Below, piece by piece: positions 12,215-24,531 of a stretch of 64,000 nt of DNA (its first letter is position 1; each line of letters starts with the position of its first letter). The notes below the pieces were generated by a model. The model ran no database searches and had not been told where the DNA came from. It saw only the letters and a list, made by a program, of their open reading frames with translations. Both the position numbers and the translations under genes were made by a program. The stretch is from Tubulanus polymorphus (Eukaryota; Animalia; Nemertea), in NCBI RefSeq assembly GCF_964204645.1, contig NC_134029.1:12116850-12180849 (forward strand), in the 5' to 3' direction.

Positions 12215-13299
12215 GGTTCAACTCCAGAATAGGTCAAAATAGTTCCACCGTGCAGGGAGTGGTTCGGTTTCAAATTGCCGCCAGAAACCTGATTGTCGAC
12301 CATTTCTGGGATCGGCAATCGGCATTTAGAAACCTGATAGTCGACCATTTCTCGGGTCGGCAATCAGAAACCTGATTGTCGACCATTTCTCGGGTCGGCA
12401 ATCGGCAATCAGAAACTTGATTGTCGACCATTTTTCAGGTCAGCAATCGGCAATCAGAAGCCAATCACCCACAGCATCTATTTCACCCACACAATCACAG
12501 CATCTATATCGCCATCACAATCGCAGCATCTATATCGCCCTCACAATCACAGCATCTATATCACCCTCACAATTACAACATCTATATCGCCCTCACAATC
12601 ACAACATCTATATCGCCCTCACAATCACAGCATCTATATCACCCTCACAATCACAGCATCTATATCACCTTCACAATCACAATTACATCTATTTCACCCT
12701 CACAATCGCAGCATCTATATCGCCCTCACAATCGCAGCATCTATATCGCCCTCATAATCGCAGCATCTATATCGCCCTCACAATCACAGCATCTATATCG
12801 CCATCACAATCGCAGCATCTATATCGCCCTCACAATCACAGCATCTATATCGCCCTCACAATCGCAGCATCTATATCACCCTCACAATCACAGCATCTAT
12901 ATCGCCCTCGCAATCACCATTCCGAAATCTTACAGGATTTGCTAACACAACCGGACACACAACTTCCAGCGACGCAATAACTCGGTTTCAGCACCAATTT
13001 CAACTCCTTATTATATCGCAGTTGAATGGTTGTTCAATATTGATAGTTCTCTGAATTTTATAAACATAGAATATATAACTCTGCAAAAGTTTTACTTTTT
13101 CTGAAATGTTGACGAGAATGACCAGAATATATCACCGACTATCAGGTTTCTGATTGCCGATTGCCGATTGCCGACTCGAGAAATCGTCGACAATCAGGTT
13201 TCTGATTGCCGACCCGAGAAATGGTTGACTATCAGGTTTCTGATTGCCGATTGCCGATTGCCAACCGCAGATCTACTTTTACTGTTCTGGAGTTGAGCC
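12215..13299. mobile_element. Foldback-like non-autonomous DNA element with 8-bp TSD
   Basis: TIR GGTTCAACTCCAGAA / TTCTGGAGTTGAGCC; flanks GCCAGTAC and GCCAATAC; subterminal AGAAACCTGATTGTCGACCATTTCTCGGGTCGGCAATC repeats inverted at both ends. Confidence 0.75.
12470..12915. repeat. 26-bp minisatellite (CACAGCATCTATATCGCCCTCACAAT)n
   Basis: About 17 tandem copies; explains spurious ORFs 12417..12980 and 12421..12945. Confidence 0.95.
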
Positions 13300-15379
13300 G
13301 CCAATACTATAGCCTATGCAGTGGGAGAAAGCGCGTATCTCTTTAGTCTTACTAGGTATTAAATTCACAGAAATAGCGTCACTTGGCAGAATAAAAGGCT
13401 CTCAGATAATAAAAACATAAGTTCTGTGTTTCCAAGTTTATGTGTGCCGTAATATTTGCGAGAATCAGTTTAAACATATGCCGGGTGTTTTCGCTATTAC
13501 ATACGGTCCATCATCTTGGGGCCAAATCTTTGGTTTTGGCCACTACAATTTGTCCCTGCCTTTGTGGGAACAGTTCATAGCTACACACAGCTAAGGCATT
13601 TCAAAAGATGGTAAAATTAGCGCGCAAAATGAGCATTGAATTATAACGCTTCTGAGTGTGCTGCAGGCGATGTGTTCTCAGAATGACATTATCAACATCA
13701 CCGCGCAAACGCGAACGTCCTGTCGCTAGGGCCGTTGCTACAGGCTTTTCTCGAGTTTGGATAAAGCTATTTGAAAAATTTTTTCACGAGACTACTATAG
13801 ATGCATACGGTGCATGTTTTATACGAAAAAAATTAGATTTAGAAATTTTTTCAAAAACTCTTCATGACCCCTTTAAATGCTCATTCCTGGTGAGAAAATA
13901 ATCATTTCACATATCGCCTATACATAAGCATTGTTTCATTTTAATACCCGGTGAATATGTTGATTGAGATTGAAGTGAAGCAAACGTTCACTATACGTCA
14001 ACGCCTCCACGTGCGCGGGAGTGCTAACATAAGACTATTGTGCACACAAACACACGCTCATACAGACTTCTACATGGTGATGCTGTAACCCTGCTTGGCG
14101 CGTGTACGTTTGGTATGATAACAGGCTGAATAATCCATGTAGCAGATGAGCGCTGTGTTTTCTGTTTGATAGAATTTGTAATAAATTGTAATTTCTTGTG
14201 ACCTGGAAATACTAAGCAGCAAACTACTATAGGTATAGGCCGAGGTCTGAATATTGTAGTGGTAAATTCCAGGATTTAAAACGATCTAATACTACGCCTC
14301 GGTTTTAGCTTTCTCGGCCATACATCGGAAAAGGTTTCCTTTCCAAGACTATTCAGCCACCCTCTGATATGTGACATCATATGAATTTTATTTGAGATTT
14401 TTTTCATATTGTGAAAAATATTTCTTTGAAAATATAAAATGGTTTCCAATGCCGCACATACCTGTACCCTACGAAATTTTGGACGTATACCAAAAACAAA
14501 TGTTTATCTTTGGTCTTATTTGACTACAAAATAACTCGTTAAGAAAGATAAAATACAACATAAACTTCTAGAACTTTGAAGTCATGAATTAAAAAGATCT
14601 TTCAAGCAATGCCCTTACTCCAAACAACCTCTAGCTTTCACGGTAAACCACACTTTGCCCATGGGCAATTTATTATCCACTTTTGATGAAATTTGGGCAT
14701 AACACTGAAGGTAGATAGCTTAACAAGTGTATGAAATTTCAGACTGATTCCTTGATCGGGAAAAAAGTTTTTTGTAGTGACATTTAGGTACTATGAATTA
14801 GCCTATATTTTTGTTAATGTGTAGTGATGACCTAGGGTATCATGTGACTGTTACTGTGCCAGGTACGCTGATTCACTGGATAACTCCTCCCTTTATGTCA
14901 CTCAAAGATTCAAATTTTCAAGAAAATATCAACGAAATTGCTTAATTACTCAAAGAGGAGGGCCTAAAACATAATTTTGACTGCAGAAATGAATATGTTA
15001 TACATTAATATATATGTCTGACAAAAAGGAGGGTCCAAATCGGATAACTGACAGAGAAAGTAGAAGAATTCCAGTTGCAACTGTTGGAGCTCCTCACTGC
15101 TCCACGGTTTCAAAGATACTGCCATGTCTGACATTGATTGGGCTTTTATACTGCCAGTGGGCCTTTAACGAGCAAAACTATGAATGAATTTGGCTGTATT
15201 TTCAAAAATCATTAAGCTTATGCTATGGGATGAGTCTAAGTTGTCACCAAATAACAATATTTTAGTTTGGTCAGAAATAGTTTTACTGGTTATAAGTCTT
15301 TCAAACTGGGTGATATTGAATCAATGTCCATGATTATGGCGGCATTTCAGAAGGAAGTGTTAAGTATCGTATCTTTTTC

Positions 15380-18300
15380 GACAGTGATTACATAGAGGAT
15401 TCCTTATATTTTGAAAGTTGTGGTCGAATAAATGAGATTTTAAAAATAGAGCAACTCATACCTATTGAGGCAAATCTCCTCCTTACAGTTTAAATTATCA
15501 AGCAATATGGTGGATGTTGGGTTAAGGTGGGACTTTCTATAATAGATTGCTGACTTGAACTGAGAAAAAGTTTGATTTCTTAAAATGTAGGAAGTATTGT
15601 TCATTAGAGGAAGTATTGTTAGAATTAACATTAGAGTTATAAGGGGAGAGTTTCTTAATTTTCGAGATAAACGTGCAGGTATGTGGAAAGGGTTAATATT
15701 ACATAATGCCCTGGTGGCAACATTGTAATATTGAGTGAATAGAAAGTTAACGTATGAGGGAGAGCTGCCTCTAAAAATTTATACATAAAGATATGTTGTC
15801 GCTCTAACCGACGGGAAGACAAGGGTTGCCAGTTCAGAATATTCAAAACTTTTTCAGTGTTACTGCCCTAAATACAACCGGGCACTGACAGGGCAGCCTG
15901 GTAAAGCAGACGTTTGCTCAAATAAAGTTTTTCAGCACTATTGTAAATAATATCACAATGTAAGTAATGAGGGTATACAAATGAATTGTAGATAGTATCT
16001 AAATGTGACGATTTCAATTTGCTTTCAACGGATTAAGGAGTTTTTGGTTTACCTTTGTCAGCAGTATGAGGTTGGCATTAAGCCAATTCATGTAAAATCG
16101 CGGTACGTTTTTTTATGTGAGCATTTTTTTCATTGGTTCTCGGGTTAAACGATGTATAATTGATGCGATTGAAGACATGACGAGCCTCCGTCGATGACAT
16201 GGTCAACTTTGTTTAAATTCGACGAAAAATTGTTTTTGTGGGAAAATTCTGAGCTCTTCTGTATAAAATTGCAATGACCTCAATTGGGGGGGGGGGGGGC
16301 GTCGTCTCTACGAGCAAATGTGATTGGCTTTTTTGGGATATATGGGGAATTCTGGCGCTACTAAAATAATTATGGGAAAGCCATTAATGGCGAACGTTTC
16401 ATTGGACTAGGTGCCGTATATGTGCGAATTTTAAATGCTCATTGCTGGTGAGAATGTAATTATTTCACATATCACCATAGGTATTGTTTCATTTTAATAC
16501 CCGGTGATTGTGTTGATTGAGATTGAAGTGAAGCGAACGTTCACTACACAAGGCCTCCACGTGAGCGGGAGCGCTAAACATTAGACTGTTGCACACACAA
16601 ACACACGCTAATACAGACTACTATATGGTGATGCTGTAACGCTGCTTGGCGATTGCACGTTTGGTATGATAATAGGCTGAATAATCGTCATAGCAGATGA
16701 GCGCTGTGTTTTCTGTTTAATAGAATTTGTAATAAATTGTAATTGCTTGTGAACTGAAAATACTGAGCAGCTGACTATAGTTATACGTCGAGGTCTGAAT
16801 ATTGTAGATGTAAATTCCAGGGTCTAATACTACGCCCCGGTTTTAGCTTCCGCGGCCATACATTGGAAGAGGTTTCATTTCCAAGACTCAATATTCAGCC
16901 ACCCTCTGATATGCCGCGCCTACCTGTACCCTACGAAATTTTGGACGTAGACCACAAACAAATGTTTATCTTTGGTCTTATTTGATTACAAAATAATTCT
17001 TTAAGAAAGATAAAATACAATATAAACTTCTAGAACTTAGATTTTTCAACCAATGCCCTTACTCCAAACAACCTCTAGCTTTCAAGGTAAACCACACTAT
17101 TGAATTTTTTCGGCACTATGATCCACATGGCATTGGAAATTGAGATAAACATTCAAAATGACACCTTAGTGTGTATGGCTGTTACTAATGGGTATTTGAC
17201 TTCCATTGAGAAATAGAGGCTTGTAAGTACGTTCACCTTGTTTAAAGATAGTCATGGCGCACTCTTGCTAGGTTTGAATGAAAGGCCCCAACGGCATGCC
17301 CATTCACTGATTTTATTAAGATCATCCTGGACGACTGCATAACCAGGTACAGGGTTATTGGGGGGTATTGTATTATAGATTGTAGTATCATCAGCATAAA
17401 GGAAAGCAATACAATTCAGATCATCTGTTAGATCATTGATGTAAAGAAGAAATAGTAGAGGTCCCAGTATCGAACCTTGGGGTACAGAAGTATTAATATA
17501 TCCATCTTCAGAGTCATCCGAAAGGTTCCCTTCACATGTACTCTGTTCTTACGCTTTGTGAGGTAATCAGAAATTGTATTTAAGGCCCTACCTCTTATCC
17601 CATATGCTTGAATTTTATGTAATAATAACTTATGGGGGACTGTGTCAAATGCAGCGGTAATATCAAGATAGACTGAACGAACATCCATGTTTAGTTCAAA
17701 ACTTTGAAATATATGAAACGTAATGGCTAGGAGCTGGTCACTAATGCTGTGACCAGGTAGAAATCCCGACTGTTTGTCATAAATCAGGTCATGATCGAGT
17801 AGGTATTGGGAAAGTTGCTAAGTTGATCGCAGATAACACGTTCATACATTTTTGATAGAGTATTTAGCAAAGCTTTAGGGCAATAATTATTCGGATCTGA
17901 TTTATCACCCTTTTTAAAGATATATGAGACAACTCCTGATTTCCAGATTCCCGGAAAAGATTCCTTTGCTAATACTGCATTAAATATGTTACATATCTAT
18001 GGAGAACCATGTCTGACTGATATTTTGAGCATTTTATTAGTTATACCGTCAGGACCGCAGGCTTTATCTCCCGGTAAGCCATTAATAAGTTTAGTAATAA
18101 AATCAGGAGTTGCTTTATCCAATACAACAATTGTTCTGACATCGATTTGGAAAATCTGGTAAATTCAACCACTCCGTATCACTATGATATTTTTTTGTTA
18201 TGATTTTCAAAAATAAGTTAGCTTTATCTACGCTGGACACACATTCAAAATTAGTTACCTGGTCAAGCAGGTTGGGAAATTTTTTCCAATAAGTTTTTTA

Positions 18301-18803
18301 ACAATTGACCAGTAATCCTTTAAAGATTTTGATGAGGTTTTAAGATTGTCTAGGATATTATTTTCGAAAAAAGTTCTGCTTTCGTTGATGAGGACATTTA
18401 CGGTATTTGATTGCTTGCGGAAAAGTTCATACACGTACGGGTTTCTTGATATGTTAAAACTAACGGTAGTAATAGTTTCTTTTGTTGATTTCCTTTTTAA
18501 TATTTTCCCTGAACCAAGGTTGGGAAGTATTTTCAGTTTAAACAAAACGACGAGGAATGGATTGTTCATATATGTTGAATGATTTGGAAGTAAATTGGTT
18601 AACCAAATTATCTAGATTATCAATATTAAAAATCTCATCCCAGTTAACATTTTTCAAAGGAATCGTGCATCCGATTCAAATAAACGAAATCATAATTCCA
18701 GATACGTTTAGGGTAGGAACTTTTTACATTGCACTTATTGTTCATAAGAAGTAATAAGGAACAGTGATCAGAGCTTCCAGTTGGTTCTAGTACCTTAATT
18801 ACA
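15380..18803 (-). mobile_element. Decayed CR1/L2-group LINE (ORF2 endonuclease end, RT, C-terminus), split by a family D insertion
   Basis: YLDITAAFDTVPHKLLLHKIQAYGIRG (17428..17688), PQGSILGP and YADDT motifs in shifted frames near 17385-17485, GPDGI near 18050, SDH near 18765. Confidence 0.88.
16041..17098 (+). mobile_element. Family D Helentron-associated element, uninterrupted copy
   Basis: Colinear with 11161-11547 + 13877-14673. Confidence 0.8.
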
Positions 18804-19160
18804 TTTTTGGTTTACCTTTGTCTGCAGTAAGAGGTTTGCATTGAGCCAATTCATGAAAAATCGCGGTACGTTTTTTTATGTGAGCATTCTTTTCATTGTT
18901 TTCTCGGATTTAACGACGTATAATCGATGCGATTGAAGACATGACAAACCTCCGTGGATGACATGGTGAACTTTGTTTAAATTCGACGAAAAACTGTTTT
19001 TGGCGGGAAAATTCTCAGCTCTTGCGTATAAAATTGCAATGACCTCGATTGGGGGGCGTTGTCTCTACAAGCGAATGTGATTGGCTATTTTTGGGATATA
19101 CGGGGAATTCCGGCGCTACTAAAATGATTATGGGAAAGCCATTAATGGTGAACGTTTCAG
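18804..19160 (+). mobile_element. Family D Helentron-associated element, 5' fragment
   Basis: TTTTTGGTTTACCTTTGTC.. colinear with 16041-16400. Confidence 0.75.
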
Positions 19161-19691
19161 TTAACAGGCAGGTGGTTTTACAGTCACCTCTACTGCTAGT
19201 GTGCACTATCGAAACCAGATGTTTCAAAATGGTCACTTTTCAATAGTAGACTCTTCGGAACAGCCACTATAGAAAACCAACCGAATTGAAAGGAATACTA
19301 TTTCAGAGTGACTGTTTTGAAATGTATACTACTGGAAAAGTAGCCGATATCGTTAATTGCTTATTGTTGTCAAGTGGCTACTAAGTAAAAGTAGACGTTT
19401 GGGCTCAAAAGTGCGATAGACATGTTCTTGGATTCAGCCTTTCATATATTCTGAAAGCTAACCTAAACAGCTATCCAAAAATTTTGATTATGCCAATCTT
19501 ATGCTAAGTAGGTCAAGGTCATAACGTCATCAAGATGGCCGAATGGATTGTGATTTCAATTGATTCACCCACACAACCATATTATGAAGGACAATACCAA
19601 TTAAATTATAATGTTTAGATGTATTTTCAAATATAATTCCATATATAATGTAATATGGAAACAGCAATTTCGTTTCTCTGAACAATAATTG

Positions 19692-20010
19692 TCAGTGGCC
19701 AGTAATGTACTGCGGACTTTCTTTTTTTCTCCACAAAATATAACTATTGAATACCGCAATGTCCACTAAATGCAGTGCGAGTTTTATATACCATTTCTTG
19801 GATTTCCTATGAATACCGTATGCCGCCAACATTTGATCTTTCTTATCAACGCCACCCATCTGCCTATTATAATCAATAATGATACGGGGTTTCATAATAG
19901 GCAGCTTAGTTTGACGATTTAGTTTTCCACTGTCAACCATGCTTTTGTGATAATTAGAAAGCATCGTTACGTATTTCTTGTCGCACCAGCACAATGTGAG
20001 AAGTTTATCT
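19692..20010 (-). pseudogene. piggyBac transposase C-terminal catalytic exon fragment
   Basis: W.DKKYVTMLSNYH..KPRIIIDYNRQMGGVDKKDQML..RKSKKWYIKL..LVDIAVFNSYIL is a typical piggyBac signature; preceded on - strand by acceptor-like TTATTTTCCAG. Confidence 0.9.
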
Positions 20011-20959
20011 GGAAAATAAATTAGGCCTAGACATCAACTAAGGGTCCTGAATTTGAGTGTCGGTGAGAAGGAAGAAGCATGCACCTGAAATGTTTTTCTT
20101 TTTTTGTAACTTGCACTACTTACTAGTAGCGACCGGCACAGGGGGCCGCCATCTTGGATTTTTATTCTGCTACGCTGGGTAAACCGAAAAACGACTAATG
20201 TTTATACCGTCATAACTCACTTCATGAGAATAAACTATGTACAAAAACCTACTTTATGAATAAAACGATTCTTATTCAACACACAAATAGCTTACTTGTC
20301 TGTAGTTATTCCTTTCTTACGACGGATTTGATGTTTGAATCGAGCGAAATTGTCGCTTCAAAAAGTAAACAATGTGGGCCATTTTGAATTTGCTCTTCTT
20401 TCTAACGGCGAAACCCCCGTGATTTAAACTGCATGGTCACACCATATAAGGCATTAAACCCCTGGATCTGATTATCATAAGAAGATGGAGGTGAATGGAA
20501 GTGCACCAACCGTCTTTCCCGACGAGTAATTGTCAGAATTTAGGTCATCATTAGCATATAATAACAAGGTAAGTCAAAATTTTTATAGACCGTCATTTTG
20601 GGAATCAAAATAAACATTGAAATGATCACGGTAACAAATATCTACAAGTTTAAAAAGGTGCATTATAAAGTCTTCTGCCCGGCAAAGCAAAAATTTTGAA
20701 TCGGAACGTTAGCGCGAAGCAGCGCAAGCCGATTTTCGTGGTCACGTGACTATGAAAAATGTCAACAAACGCACGTGCTTTGACAAATTTGACAGCAATT
20801 TGTTTACTTCTTTGATAAGTGATTAAATAGATATAATGAAGTTGTTTATATAGTAATTGAGGAAAATTAGACATTATATTCGACAATTCTTCTTCCTGCA
20901 TATACCAAGAAATCTTTTGTTTACTTTTTTACTATATAAAGTCATATCTTATTTTCTAG

Positions 20960-23905
20960 ATGTCGAATGAATCGGTCTTACAATATTTGCGGGAAAATGG
21001 GAAAAAAATGTGTGTTGACTGGTTACACAATCAGAACTCATCTGTCAACAAGAAATCTCTCTATGTAACTGTAGAGAGGGTATTCAAACACCATAAAGAA
21101 TTAATGAAGAGCAAAAATCGACCAGAAAAAGAGGTAATTGACCAAATATTTGACTGATACGAATAAATTTAAACTGAAAAATGCCTGATAAAAGTAGGCG
21201 ATAGGATTCAAATAGTCAAACATTTATTACATTTTAAAAAAATTTTACTTTAATTTAAATTTTTTACTCATGTACATATTCTTATTGGGTTAATTAGTTC
21301 ATAAGCAGTATTCTGTTTTGATTTTTAGGAGGAATTGAATGTGTGGTTGAAGGAAGATTTCAAATATCCGTCTACTCGGGGTGTTACCATCGAGTCATCC
21401 GATCATACATACATGAAATTGCCGTCTGAAACAGAAAAGAATCAGTTAGACCTGGAATCAAAAGTACTTCAACAAAAACAACAGTTAAAAAGATCAGCAT
21501 CGAGGGAAAATTATTATCGCGATAAATGCTCAAAATTAGAAAACGAATCAAACTCCAGCAATATTGACAATATTGAAATTGATGATGCCCTCTCAGAAAT
21601 TATACAACTGAAAGAAAGAAACCTTGAACTGCAAGAGAAAATCAAAATGCTAGAAGAAAAATTAGCTGAAAACACAGTGATTACAACAGAATCAGACAAC
21701 CAAAGCAGGTACCAGCCAAAATTCAGAAAATTGATTTACAGTTTACTCCTACATCACGTACCTAGTGAACATATCTCTCCTGTCATACAAGTCTGCTTTG
21801 AATATCTAGAGAAAACTCCTTCAAAGCTCCCAACTGAAAAGACAATTAGACGAATGAATATAGAGAGATTAGGATTGTCTCAAATGCAAATAGGAGATGA
21901 GCTAGCCAATTCATCCAACATGACATTATATAGCGATGAAACCTCTAAATTCGGAGAAAAATACATCGGTTTTCACGCTAGTACTACCGAGAAAAGGTAT
22001 TATGTTTTGGGCATCAGAGATTTGGCTACGAAATCTGCAGACGATACACTTCATGCATTTCAAGGGTTGATCGAAGATATCGACAGTCGACACCTGCAAA
22101 CTGACAATGACGCAGGAAAACGAGTACTCACAAACATCAAGAATACTATGTCAGATAGAGCTGCGACTGAAATGAAATGGCACGAGCTACTTGACAACTA
22201 TCGAAAAAACATATTGCCAGAAATAACAGCTAACTGGGATCTGCTGTCGGATGAAGATCGTAAACCAATTGAATCAATGGCTAATTTCTTTTGCGGTCTT
22301 CACAGTTTCGTCCAAATTGCCGAATCAACACAAGCAGCAATAATGGAAATAGAAAAAGATCAAAACAAAACCATGATAGGTCCTCAGATCGTACAGTCCG
22401 GTGAACCAGGTTCTATTCGCCTCATTAGAACAGCAGCAAAAGCTTTTGCCCGCGGAGCAGATGAGAAGAATGGTCACTTTGAACACTTCAAAATTTTTGC
22501 AAAGGAAAGAGGTATATCGAAAGTTAAAATAGTGCCATTCCGTGGAAACCGGTTCAACATCATTTTCTTTAATGGATCATATGTATACTATCTAAGCAAC
22601 CTGATGATTGAGTATATTGAAGGATTGGAAAATCCAAACCGCCTGCTTAAATCAGTCCTGGCTGATTTAGTTGATTCTAATAGTGTCGCTGGATGCAAAG
22701 CACTGGGACTCATCAACAAATTCATAACCGGCCCATTCTGGCGAATATTGGAGGATAAGAATATCCACATATCAGACATGGCTACATACATACCAACATT
22801 ATTAGCATTCATTGAATCTGCATCACTCAACATTAACGGATTCATCGATGGCACCGTACCAGAACCATTTCCAGCTACTTATCCTGTAAAGAAAGATGAA
22901 ATTTTCGATAAACTGATTGCAGAATCGAAATATGATAATGACTGTGAAACTCAACTGTCAGTGATTCTACCAGCAATAACGAAACTACTTACCAAGCATT
23001 ATAAGGAATTTTTGAATGGTGGTACATTTTCAATGGAGAATGCACAGGATTATTCAGGAACGACCCAGAGTGTTGTCGCACATAATAAGTTTGCCGAGCG
23101 AGTATTTGCCTACACTGACGTCCTACTCCGATTCAAGCCAAACATAAGCCACATTTCTTCAGAAGCTTATGTCATGTTCTGTCTGAATAAAACATACGAC
23201 TGGCTCTCCAATAAAGATGACCAGGCTCAGGAAATCATCATAAGAAAGGCTATGAAAGACAGTAAATGCATCTACATCAAATACAAACAAAGACAGCAAG
23301 AAATTCAAAGAAAACGTATCCAATTACAGGCAGAGAAAAGAAAATCAGCAGCTGAGAAGAAAGCAAAACAATTGAAAGAACGGGAGCTTATGGTACAGGA
23401 CATCATGTACTATGGCCTCTGGCAAAATGAAAGCCAAATTACAGCTGGGCTCGAAAACATCAAGAGCAAGTCTGACAGGGAAATGGCTATCAAGGCTCAG
23501 TTACGTTTCAGAGAGCATATTCTGCAGCAACCTGTTGAAGATATTTCAGTTTACAGGTTTTCAGTTAAGACTCCTGATAATAAGAGAAGTCAGCTCACAA
23601 ATGAAGAGCTGCTGTCTAACGTCAGAATTTTGGTCAATGCTGCCCATCAATTACCTACCACTGATGAAGAAAAACAACATTCATCCTACCTGATAGGCAA
23701 ACGTTTCAAGCATGTATTGAATGTAAAAGATGAAGATGATCCAAGTGACCAAGGTGTTTTAACAGAATTCTTCGCAAAAATCATCTCTTCTGTTCCTGGT
23801 TATCCAGAGTGGTTCAATCTCAAATATGACAATGATGAAAACCTTTACGTGGAACAAATCGCAGCTGAAATTAGAAATGGAAATATAAGTATCCTACATT
23901 CATAA
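20960..23905 (+). CDS. Intact DDE transposase (hAT-like) with C-terminal Spindlin/Tudor-like segment; join(20960..21133,21329..23905), predicted 916 aa
   Basis: GAG|GTAATT donor at 21133 and TTTTTAG|GAG acceptor at 21328 join in phase 0 to the 856-aa ORF; motifs SDETSK, TMSDRA, FCGLH, RGNRFN, HNKFAERVF; no stops or frameshifts. Confidence 0.8.
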
Positions 23906-23941
23906 TTGATGATTCAGAGCTCAGTTGGTACTACATCTGGT

Positions 23942-24218
23942 GAATAGTAGAAAGGTGGATGGGAAAAGGGCAATGGTATGAAATCATTCATATCATTATG
24001 ACAGGTTAATCCATCCCGCCCAGTCTACTATCAGTAGTACCTATCTGTTTGGATAAATCAGCTGGATATTTGCATTTCTCTAGTACGATCAGTCAGTTGG
24101 ATTGAATAGTAGAAAGGTGGATGGGAAAAGGGCAATGGTATGAGATCATTCATATCATTATGACAGGTTAATCCATCCCGCCCAGTCTACTATCACATAC
24201 CTGTTTGGATAAATCAGC
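23942..24218. repeat. Direct duplication of ~115 bp downstream of the transposase
   Basis: GAATAGTAGAAAGGTGGATGGGAAAAGGG...GGATAAATCAGC at ~23942 and ~24104. Confidence 0.9.
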
Positions 24219-24255
24219 AAATTAATACGTGTATTCTGGATATTTGCATTTTTCT

Positions 24256-24531
24256 AAGTGGATATTCGAACTTGTGTGCGTTCCGTTTTTACAAGTGGAT
24301 ATTCGAACTTGTGTGCGTTCCGTTTTTACAAGTGGATATTCGAACTTGTGTGCGTTCCGTTTTTACAAGTGGATATTCGAACTTGTGTGCGTTCCGTTTT
24401 TACAAGTGGATATTCGAACTTGTGTGCGTTCCGTTTTTACAAGTGGATATTCGAACTTGTGTGCGTTCCGTTTTTACAAGTGGATATTCGAACTTGTGTG
24501 CGTTCCATTTCTACAAGTGGATATTCGAACT
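24256..24531. repeat. 37-bp tandem repeat (AAGTGGATATTCGAACTTGTGTGCGTTCCGTTTTTAC)n
   Basis: About 7.5 almost identical head-to-tail copies with no spacers. Confidence 0.95.

Larger units (their letters stand above)
11548..13872. mobile_element. Non-autonomous Kolobok-like element, family K2, nested in family D
   Basis: TTAA|AGGGGTCATGAAGAG ... CTCTTCATGACCCCT|TTAA; empty site GCGAATTTTAAATGCTC in the family D copy near 16425-16440. Confidence 0.85.
11161..14673 (+). mobile_element. Family D Helentron-associated element nested in K1
   Basis: TTTTTGGTTTACCT start, (A/C)GGTAAACC + TTGCCCATGGGCAA end; empty T-run site visible in K1 copy 2 near 45725-45740. Confidence 0.8.
10860..15164. mobile_element. 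Non-autonomous Kolobok-like DNA transposon, family K1, copy 1 (with nested inserts)
   Basis: TTAA|AGGCCCATTGG ... CCAGTGGGCCT|TTAA; body homologous to 45432-54674. Confidence 0.75.

Noticed and set aside
12417-12980. His/Ser-rich 187-aa and 174-aa ORFs
   Set aside because: Artefacts of the 26-bp minisatellite
9915-21329. Possible AMACR-transposase fusion by exon trapping (AG directly before ATG 20960, or acceptor 21328)
   Set aside because: AMACR donor is phase 1 and both acceptors are phase 0; splicing to 20960 gives GAT GTC GAA TGA, an immediate stop, so no in-frame fusion
24256-24531. 37-bp repeat of CRISPR-like length with partial palindrome
   Set aside because: Units are head-to-tail with no unique spacers, no cas genes, eukaryotic context
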